Source of the DNA: Eledone cirrhosa
Taxonomy: Eukaryota
NCBI GenBank assembly: GCA_964016885.1
Contig: OZ024762.1
Location: forward strand, 28,830,001 to 28,894,000
Direction of reading: 5' to 3'
DNA length: 64,000 bases
A model generated the notes under the pieces. The model made no database searches and was not told the origin of the DNA. It saw nothing but the letters and a program-made list of their open reading frames with translations. This document shows positions 56,265 to 64,000 of the stretch, piece after piece. Both the position numbers and the translations under genes were made by a program. Positions within the stretch are counted from its first letter, which is position 1. Every line of letters begins with the position of its first letter.

Positions 56265-59200
56265 GTCACACAGTATGGATGTGATAGACATCACCGAGTC
56301 CAGAATCCACAACAGGCAGCAACTAACCCCCATCTTCGACGACTTTGAGATCTACGCATCTCTCTGTCAGCCAGGAGGTGGAGGTGGAGTGGCTGTTATG
56401 TTTCGGAAGAACCTGGACTTCGGAGTACAGCAAGTACACTTGGACCCGGAGGGTAGACTGGTAGTCCTAGACGTGAACAGTATCGGAGGTGGAGCCTTCA
56501 GACTGGTGGCCGTTTATGCCCCGACCGGGCAATCGCAATCACGGCCAGACTTCTTTAAGCGTCTAGAGTCTTTTCTGGGAACGTCTCGCTCCTTACTTTT
56601 AGTGGGGGACTGGAATGGTATCCTAGATGCACGATGGGACTATGTGGGAGCATGTCCCAGTAGAGCGGGGTGCAACAGCCTCAAAACTTTAATCGGCCAA
56701 TTCCAACTGGCCGATAGGTATCGTCTGGATTTCCCGACTGCACCACAGTGGACGTGGGTAAACCGCAGTGGGACATCTAGATCGTATTTAGATAGGTTCT
56801 TCGTTAGAGAAAGGGACAAGGATATGTTAAGCTGTCCACGATTGCACATGGTTGCCTATTCAGATCACAAGTTAGTCGTCTGCTTAGTCAACCGTGATAG
56901 AATACATAGACAGGGTCCCGGATACTGGAAGCTGAACGTGTCGTTGCCGGCACGTAAAGCTTACAGTGAACGGATAAGTAAACTAGTCAAGCAACAGTTA
57001 ACGGGAGCCATCGTCAACAATAGATGGTGGTACTCTCTCAAGAAACCAATTAGAATAGAATCGATAGGGTATAGCAGAGAGTTAGCCTTAGAGAAAAACA
57101 GAATAGAAAGAGAACTAGTAGCCAAGGTAGAGGAGGCACTTAGAAGTGGCAACGCGGCTAGAGTGTTAGCGTCGAGAACGGCACTGGACCAGTTCTTCGA
57201 TGCGAAACACGAAGGCTGCGTGGTCAGAAGCAAAACACGTGCTCTAGGAAACGAAGGAGCGAAAGCTGTCAGCTGGGCCCGAGTGGCGGAGGCAAAAAGT
57301 GGCAACAGGTCCACGATTCGGTCTTTGAAAGACCAAAACGGACGCGTGCTACTTGACCCCAAGCAAATGTGCGCGGCCTTTCAGCGGCACTTTGCGCGAC
57401 TGTTTGAGCAGAACGACGGTGAGCCGAACGGGGCAATGAACTTTAGTTCATACCTCGACGGCCTGCCGCGTCTCTCGAACACGGACGCCGAGTTCTGCGA
57501 AAGACCGATCACGGACACTGAGATACGGGACGCTCTGGGCCGCTGCGGGAAACGCAAGTCACCCAGTCTAGATGGTCTACCCTACGAATTTTACATAGGC
57601 ATGCCGGACTTGTTCTCTGGCGTCCTTGAAGCCGTCTACTGCAATTGGCAGCAGAACGGGAGAATTCCCAGTTCTGCAGGCAAGGGTGTAGTAACGCTGA
57701 TCAGGAAAGACGAGAACAAGGGGGACGAAATTAACAACTTCAGGCCCATAACTCTGCTCAACACAGAGTTAAAGATTTTGGCCAAGGTGCTAGCGACAAG
57801 GTTGGCGCTTGTCGTTGAGAACCTGGTAGGGAAAGCGCAAACGTATGCAATCCCGACCAGGTCCATACACGACAACCTCCACCTCATGCGATACATCATA
57901 GAGAGGGTGGGTAGTAAACCCGGCTTCGGTGGGGCTCTGATCAACTTGGATCAGTCTAAGGCATTCGATAGGGTAAACCATCGATACTTGGAAGCGGTTC
58001 TCAAGGCGGCCGGTTTCGGTCCCGTGTTCAGAGGCTGGATCAAGGCGATGCACACCAGCATCTGCTCAAGGGTCAAGGTGAACGGCTACCTATCGGAGCC
58101 GTTCGCAATCACGCGTTCCATTCGACAGGGATGCCCCCTCTCCTCCATTCTGTATGTATTGACTCTAGAGCCACTACTGCAGAAATTGGAGCTGTTGCAG
58201 GGCATCCCCCTAGAACCGGGACTGCGCAAAGCGGCGTCGGCTTATGCCGACGACGTGACAGGAATGGTGTCGAGCACCTCGGAAATCGGGGTGATCGGCA
58301 ACATACTGAAAGAATACGAAACGCTGACGGGAGCAAAACTAAACCCAGACAAGTCTGTCGGTTTGCAACTCGGTACGTGGAGAGGCAAACCGATGACATC
58401 CGACAGCGTCGTTCGACGCTGGACGGACGGACCGGTGAAATTGCTCGGGGTCTGGTTCGGTCCAGACCTCCAGGTGGAGAAAAACTGGAACGAGGTCACG
58501 GCCAAGGTGTTTGCACTCACTCAGAAGTGGGCAGAGTGCAAACTGTCCTTGAAAGGTCGAGCGGAGGTGGCGAACACTTTCATAGCGTCCGTCATCTACT
58601 ACCGCTTGACTGTCGTGCCTTGTCCCCGTGAACACCTCGTCAAGATGGAACGCATGCTCTTCCAGTTTCTGTGGAAGAAGCAGGCTCCGCTGGTGAGGAG
58701 ATCCGTCTGCTGTCAGCACCCTTCCAACGGAGGGCTGGGAATACCGTGGCTGATGATGCGCAAACATGCGCTGAGGTTGCGGCATCTCCAGGTATTCCTC
58801 ACCGACCCCCAACCGGTGTGGGCACCGTTTGTGAGACAGGCTTTCCCACAGCTCGTCTCGCTAACGGAGCTGCAGTCCTGGGTGAAGAAAAGACCGAAAA
58901 CGATAGGCGTCTGGCACATTGAATGCGCTCAGGCGCTCACAGTCCTCTGGCAAGCGGGCGCAGCAATCAGTGGAGACTCCACTTCGACATTCTATAGAGG
59001 GATTGTACGTTACAAGGGCGACGACATGCTCGGAGAGACTCTGGGCGTCGAAGACCATGAGCTCACCAGTATGTTTGGTAGGACTTTCCGCCCGGGACCT
59101 ATGGACAACTTCCAGAGGTCCCTGGCCTGGCAGTGCTACCGAGGAGCTCTACCGGTTCGTGCCAAGATCTACAGGCACGGACGCCCTGGCAGGGATCCTT

Positions 59201-59628
59201 CCAAGAGGACGTGTCCAAGATGTGCGCAGGACATTGAAACAGTTCTGCACGCAATTGTACACTGCCCGGGCGTAAGCGACCTGTGGAACTATGCAGAACA
59301 ACTGCTGTCGCGTATGGGACAAATACAGTTGACTGCCGAGTCCATAGTAAGGATCAAACCGCCAGACTCTTTCAAAAACGAAAGAGAGGCGGTTTTCCTC
59401 TGTACGGTGGCTATGGTGAAAGAAGTTATATGGTGGACGAGGTTGAGAGGACTGAGGACAGATGCCTTTCTCTCCGGACAACAATTGATTCCCTTCTTTA
59501 AGTATCACTTTAGAAGGAGAATCAGGGTGGAGAGAGAGGCACTGCACCCCAGTAAATTTACTGAAAGGTGGGTGAATGAAGCGAAAATGGCCCGAGTGAT
59601 TGGGCCTTCTCTGTTTATAAGCCTGTAG
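56182..59628 (+). CDS. LINE ORF2 polyprotein: APE-type endonuclease, reverse transcriptase, C-terminal CCHC zinc finger (L1/Tx1 clade), 1148 aa
   Basis: EN motifs TVNVRGL, ITES, VYAP, GDWN, SYLDRFFV, YSDH; GPGYWKLN linker; RT motifs DGLPYEFY, FRPITLLN, LDQSKAFDRVNH, RQGCPLS, AYADD, LLGVWFG; GGLG motif; CPRC...ETVLHAIVHC. CAACATGG start context. Confidence 0.96.
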   Translation: MAGLRVGTVNVRGLGMPWKQGELLNDLRSHSMDVIDITESRIHNRQQLTPIFDDFEIYASLCQPGGGGGVAVMFRKNLDFGVQQVHLDPEGRLVVLDVNSIGGGAFRLVAVYAPTGQSQSRPDFFKRLESFLGTSRSLLLVGDWNGILDARWDYVGACPSRAGCNSLKTLIGQFQLADRYRLDFPTAPQWTWVNRSGTSRSYLDRFFVRERDKDMLSCPRLHMVAYSDHKLVVCLVNRDRIHRQGPGYWKLNVSLPARKAYSERISKLVKQQLTGAIVNNRWWYSLKKPIRIESIGYSRELALEKNRIERELVAKVEEALRSGNAARVLASRTALDQFFDAKHEGCVVRSKTRALGNEGAKAVSWARVAEAKSGNRSTIRSLKDQNGRVLLDPKQMCAAFQRHFARLFEQNDGEPNGAMNFSSYLDGLPRLSNTDAEFCERPITDTEIRDALGRCGKRKSPSLDGLPYEFYIGMPDLFSGVLEAVYCNWQQNGRIPSSAGKGVVTLIRKDENKGDEINNFRPITLLNTELKILAKVLATRLALVVENLVGKAQTYAIPTRSIHDNLHLMRYIIERVGSKPGFGGALINLDQSKAFDRVNHRYLEAVLKAAGFGPVFRGWIKAMHTSICSRVKVNGYLSEPFAITRSIRQGCPLSSILYVLTLEPLLQKLELLQGIPLEPGLRKAASAYADDVTGMVSSTSEIGVIGNILKEYETLTGAKLNPDKSVGLQLGTWRGKPMTSDSVVRRWTDGPVKLLGVWFGPDLQVEKNWNEVTAKVFALTQKWAECKLSLKGRAEVANTFIASVIYYRLTVVPCPREHLVKMERMLFQFLWKKQAPLVRRSVCCQHPSNGGLGIPWLMMRKHALRLRHLQVFLTDPQPVWAPFVRQAFPQLVSLTELQSWVKKRPKTIGVWHIECAQALTVLWQAGAAISGDSTSTFYRGIVRYKGDDMLGETLGVEDHELTSMFGRTFRPGPMDNFQRSLAWQCYRGALPVRAKIYRHGRPGRDPSKRTCPRCAQDIETVLHAIVHCPGVSDLWNYAEQLLSRMGQIQLTAESIVRIKPPDSFKNEREAVFLCTVAMVKEVIWWTRLRGLRTDAFLSGQQLIPFFKYHFRRRIRVEREALHPSKFTERWVNEAKMARVIGPSLFISL

Positions 59629-59852
59629 GTTGAGGAAGAGAGCAAAAGGAAGAAAGGAGCACTTGCACAACACGCTCCTCGAGTTGAGGGTTGTTCTATC
59701 GACGGGGTATTAAACAACCCATTTGTGGCGCCTCCCCCCTATTGGGGATTTCGATTGTTGAAATTGTTTGTTTTTATATTTTTTACACGACTGTATGTAA
59801 AATCCCCGGCATGTCTTTGTATTGTCCCCTTTCTTGTTGCACCCTTGTGGCT

Positions 59853-59858
59853 AATAAA
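59853..59858 (+). promoter_or_regulatory. AATAAA polyadenylation signal at the 3' end of LINE copy 2
   Basis: AATAAA 6 nt before the element/satellite junction. Confidence 0.65.
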
Positions 59859-59864
59859 GAAATC

Positions 59865-59875
59865 TATCTAATGTA
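59865..59875 (+). repeat. Right target-site duplication TATCTAATGTA of LINE copy 2
   Basis: Identical to 55564-55574. Confidence 0.8.
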
Positions 59876-61823
59876 CAGTATAGTGGCTATCCGACATAGT
59901 GTATCTAGGACTACATTATCTAATGTACAGTATAGTGGCTATCAGACATAGTGTATCTAGGCCTACATTATCTAATGTACAGTATAGTGGCTATCAGACA
60001 TAGTGTACCTAGGACTACATTATCTAATGTACAGTATAGTAGCTATCAGACATAGTGTATCTAGGACTACATTATCTAATGTACAGTATAGTAGCTATCA
60101 GACGTAGTGTACCTAGGACTAGATTATCTAATGTACTGTACAGTGGCTATCTGACATAGTTTACCTAGGACTACATTATCTAATGTACAGTATAGTGGCT
60201 ATCAGACATAGTGTACCTAGGACTACATTAGCTAATGTACAGTATAGTGGCTATCAGACATAGTGTATCTAGGCCTACATTATATAATGTACAGTATAGT
60301 GGCCATCAGACATAGTGTACCTAGTACTACATTATATAATGTACAGTATAGTGGCTATCAGACATAGTGTACCTAGGCCTACATTATATAATGTACAGTA
60401 TAGTGGCTATCAGACATAGTGTCTCTAGGACTACATTATCTAATGTACAGTATAGTGGCTATCAGACATAGTGTATCTAGGACTATATTATCTAATGTAC
60501 ATTATAGAGGCTATCAGACATAGTGTATCTAGGACTACATTTTGTAATGTACAGTATGGTGGATATCAGACATAGTGAACCTAGGACTACATTATCTAAT
60601 GTACAGTATAGTGGCTATCAGAAAAAGTGTACCTAGGACTAGATTTTCTAATGTACAGTATAGTAGCTATCAGACACAGTGTACCTAGGACTACATTATA
60701 TAATGTACAGTATAGTGGCTATCAGACATAGTGTACCTAGGACTACATTATCTAATGTACAGTATAGTGGCTATCAGACATAGTGTATCTAGGCCTACAT
60801 TATATAATGTACAGTATAGTGGCCATCAGACATAGTGTACCTAGTACTACATTATATAATGTACAGTATAGTGGCTATCAGACATAGTGTATCTAGTACT
60901 ACATTATCTAATGTACAGTATAGTGGCTATCAGATATAGTGTATCTAGGACTACATTATCTAATGTACAGTATAGTGGCTATCAGACATAGTCTACCTAG
61001 GACTACATTATCTAATGTACAGTATAGAGGCTATCAGACATAGTCTACCTAGGACTACATTATCTAATGTACAGTATAGTGGCTATCAGACATAATGTAG
61101 CTAGGACTACATTATCTAATGTACAGTATAGTGGCTATCAGATATAGTGTATCTAGGACTACATTATCTAATGTACAGTATAGTGGCTATCAGACATAGT
61201 GTACCTAGGACTACATTATCTAATGTACAGTATAGTGGCTATCAGACATAGTCTACCTAGGACTACATTATCTAATGTACAGTATAGTGGCTATCAGACA
61301 TAATGTAGCTAGGACTACATTATCTAATGTACAGTATAGTGGCTATCAGACATAGTGTATCTAGGACTACATTATCTAATGTACAGTATAGTGGCTATCA
61401 GACATAGTGTACCTAGGACTACATTATCTAATGTACAGTATAGTGGCTATCAGACATAGTGTACCTAGGACTATATGTACAGTATAGTGGCTATCAGACA
61501 TAGTGTACCTAGGACTAGATTATCTAATGTACAGTATAGTAGCTATCAGACATAGTGTACCTAGTGCTACGTTATATAATGTACAGTATAGTGGCTATCA
61601 GACATAGTGTACCTAGGACTACATTATCTAATGTACAGTATAGTAGTTATCAGACATAGTGTATCTAGGACTACATTATATAATGTACAATATAGTGGCC
61701 ATCAGACATAGTGTATCTAGGACTACATTATCTAATGTACAGTATAGTGGCTACCAGACATAATGTACCTAGGACTACATTATCTAACGTACAGTATAGT
61801 GGGTATCAGACATAGTGTACCTA
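59865..61823. repeat. Satellite B, distal segment (about 38 monomers) ending in unique DNA
   Basis: Same 52-bp monomer; ends at ...CATAGTGTACCTA|ATCGATG. Confidence 0.97.
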
Positions 61824-61974
61824 ATCGATGGTACATCATAAAGTCTCACTCAGTAAAATATTTATTACATATCTATACGAAAACTTTTATATGGTCACTC
61901 ACCCTGCTAGAAATAATAGTGAAATTATCATCTATTTGCCAGGCACATAGCATAAACTTTACTGGGGAGGTTGA

Positions 61975-62106
61975 ATATCTAGCCTCCACCACTAGTTCCT
62001 GCTCCTTACCTGTAATGGTTGTGATGTTCCAGGTTCCAACTGTTAAGGCTTGCTCCCTTCCAGACCCTCTTTGGGGTCTCGGGATAGGCAACATTTGAGC
62101 CTCCAT
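61975..62106 (-). mobile_element. Fragment of the N-terminus of an APE endonuclease from an RTE-like LINE
   Basis: Minus-strand translation ...ALTVGTWNITTITGKEQELVVEARY resembles the GTWNV...GKE.ELV.E start of RTE/Expander-type endonucleases. Similarity ends after about 44 codons. Confidence 0.6.
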
Positions 62107-62373
62107 CCCAGACCTCCCAGAACAGGATGCAGGCTCATCACAAGATTTTGCAGCAATATATTTTTCGAACAGGCCCCTCTACTTAAGGCCTTGATATGTC
62201 CCTTATTAACCCACGCAAAGTGCAGTGTGGTATGGCTTTTCTACAGAAACAGAAGTTGGAATCAAAAGGTTTCAGAGAAAACTTAGCCAAAACTCATATA
62301 ATAGTAAGTAAGAAAGAAGACAGGACCTTGATTCCCATGGGGAAGTGGCCCTGTTCAATATTTAGAAAAGAAG

Positions 62374-62466
62374 TAGGCATAAACTCTACAGAATTTACAC
62401 AATATAGATATAAACTCTATACAATGTACACAATGTAGGTATAAACTCTATACAATGTACACAATG
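62374..62466. repeat. 3 x 31-bp tandem repeat inside the RTE fragment
   Basis: Consensus TAGGTATAAACTCTATACAATGTACACAATG at 62374, 62405 and 62436. Confidence 0.9.
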
Positions 62467-62790
62467 TAAATCTTGGATACACAAGTGATGTAGTAGGTTA
62501 TCAGGTAGGCTAACAGGAAGGGAAGATTTTGTCTGTAAAAGATACACAGGGGTAATTGAGGAGAAGATCATCAATGATATAAGCCTATTCCAATCACAGA
62601 AAGGATCCATAGAAGTGGTCGATAGCTTCTGTTATCTAGGTGACTTAATTAGCAGCAGAGGAGGGTACCCTGAGAAAATAATAGCTAGAATAAGGAGAGG
62701 ATGGGGGAAGTTTAGAAAGCTACCCCCACTGTTGATAAAAGTTTTTCTCTATGTACAAAAGGATGACTTTATGATGTCTGTGTGTGAATT

Positions 62791-63026
62791 GTGGCGCTAC
62801 ATGGTAGTGAAACATTGGCTGTGACTACAGAAGATATGTGGTCCTACATGGTAGTGGAACATGGGCAGTGACTGCAGAGGATATGTGATGCTACATGGTA
62901 GTGAAACATGGGCTGTGGCTACAGAGGATATGTGGTGCTACATGTTAGTGAAACATGGGCTGTGACTGCAGAGGATATGTGGTGCTACATGGTAGTGAAA
63001 CATGGGCAGTGACTGCCGAGGATATG
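62791..63026. repeat. 5 x 47-bp tandem repeat derived from RTE coding sequence (VVLHGSETWAVTAEDM)
   Basis: Units GTGGTGCTACATGGTAGTGAAACATGGGCTGTGACTGCAGAGGATAT start at 62791, 62838, 62885, 62932 and 62979. Confidence 0.93.
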
Positions 63027-63600
63027 CATTGTCTTGAAAGAAATGAAGCAGCCATGCTTCAGTGGATGTGCAATCCAAATGTCCAAGAAAGACAGAGCTT
63101 GGATGAACTGAGGGAGAAACTGGGTTTAAGAGGAATCTGAAGTGGTGTGCAAGAGAGAAGACTGTGTTGGTACGGACATTTGGTGTACATAGATGATGAT
63201 CATTGGGTGAAGAAGTGCCAGGGAATCCCAGAGGAACAAAGCTACAGTAGAGGTAGACCAAGGAAGACCTGGACAGAGGTGATGAAAGCTGATCTCAAAT
63301 TACTGAGATTCACAGAGCCTAATTTACAAATCAATAGAGATTTAACTAGTTTTAGCAAAAAATATTTGTTGCTTCATATTTCTTATAATTTACTGTGACT
63401 AACAACAATCAGTAAACTATACCATCACTACCCCACAATGCTACAAACCTGGATAGTGTGGGAGAATTCTCTCTGGCATGGAGAACACTAGGTACCAGCT
63501 ACCTTGTGGTCCCAGGAGAGGACAGAATGGTGATAGGGGGTTACCCTGGAGGACAGCAAGTGAGATGTGTTGAAATAGCTTTTAAAACTTGTGGGGCACT

Positions 63601-63897
63601 CTCCTGTGTGTGGCCAACTCCACCCTGATAACAGTTAGTAGGGAAGTAGTTTAGGGACCAAGTCTGACAATTGTCTCCACCACTATAGTTTAACAAGACA
63701 CTCCTGTCTGTGGCTAACTCCACCCTGATAGCAGTTAATAGGGAGGTAGTTTAGGTACCAAGTCTGACAATTGTCTCCACCACTATAGTTTAACATGAAA
63801 CTCCTGTGGGTGGCTAACTCCACCCTGATAACTGTTAGTAGGGAGGTGGTATAGGGACCAAGAATGTCAGAAATCTCCATTACTACAAGTTCAACAA
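63601..63897. repeat. About 3 x 100-bp diverged tandem repeat
   Basis: CTCCTGT..TGGCYAACTCCACCCTGATA starts at 63601, 63701 and 63801; the third copy decays. Confidence 0.88.
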
Positions 63898-64000
63898 CAA
63901 AAAACTAATACTTCAACAGTTTGTGATCTTTTGTGACTAAGTTTTAATTTTTCTTGTTACTTTAGGGAAACAATGATACCACCAAAGTTAGTGGCCCTAT

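Larger units (their letters stand above)
55575..59864 (+). mobile_element. L1/Tx1-clade non-LTR retrotransposon (copy 2), 4.29 kb, 5'-truncated within ORF1, ORF2 open
   Basis: ORF1 remnant + APE/RT/CCHC ORF2 + 236-nt 3'UTR with AATAAA, flanked by an 11-bp TSD in satellite B. CpG-rich, consistent with a young insertion. Confidence 0.96.
62240..63320 (+). mobile_element. Decayed RTE-clade LINE, 3' part of RT with an embedded Cys/His-finger segment
   Basis: Motifs across several frames: KLESKGFRENLAKT, GKWPCS, WIHK, EVVDSFCYLGDLIS, ARIRRGWGKFRKL, LHGSETWAV, ELREKLG, RRLCWYGHL, RGRPRKTW. Many stops and frameshifts. Confidence 0.85.

Noticed and set aside
36185-59864. The two LINE copies as LTRs or direct repeats of one 23.7-kb composite element
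   Set aside because: The shared part is ORF2 3' end plus UTR, typical of 5' truncation. No TG...CA ends, PBS or PPT, and copy 2 has its own TSD.
55511-59951. Antisense and alternate-frame ORFs overlapping the LINE copies
   Set aside because: Shadow ORFs of a GC-balanced coding region or of the A/C-rich ORF1; no recognisable domains.
37546-61823. Satellite B as a CRISPR, tRNA/snRNA/5S gene array or ribozyme array
   Set aside because: No spacers, and I could not recognise A/B boxes, an Sm site, known RNA gene similarity or a hammerhead core (CTGATGA...GAAA). An Rfam search would settle it.

Overview
Eukaryotic, gene-free, heterochromatin-like window made almost entirely of tandem repeats and non-LTR retrotransposons. 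(1) 1-36184: satellite A, monomer = 61-bp constant part + variable (GTG)n (about 70-130 bp), with kb-scale higher-order duplications. The many His/Pro/Thr-rich minus-strand ORFs are artefacts of it. (2) 36185-37545: 5'-truncated, pseudogenised copy of an L1/Tx1-clade LINE sitting exactly at the border between two unrelated satellites. (3) 37546-61823: satellite B, a 52-bp palindrome-rich monomer with 2267-bp and 3429-bp higher-order duplications. It is interrupted at 55575-59864 by a young copy of the same LINE (truncated ORF1, open 1148-aa APE-RT-CCHC ORF2, 11-bp target-site duplication). (4) 61824-64000: decayed RTE-clade fragments carrying small 31-bp and 47-bp tandem arrays, then a 100-bp tandem array. 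Main observation: both LINE copies join satellite B at the same base, inside its TACATTA-TC-TAATGTA inverted repeat, and neither has a poly(A) tail. This suggests a satellite-targeting, sequence-specific Tx1-like retrotransposon. The host may be a cephalopod, inferred only from recalled similarity of the RTE fragment. All counts and distances were made by eye.
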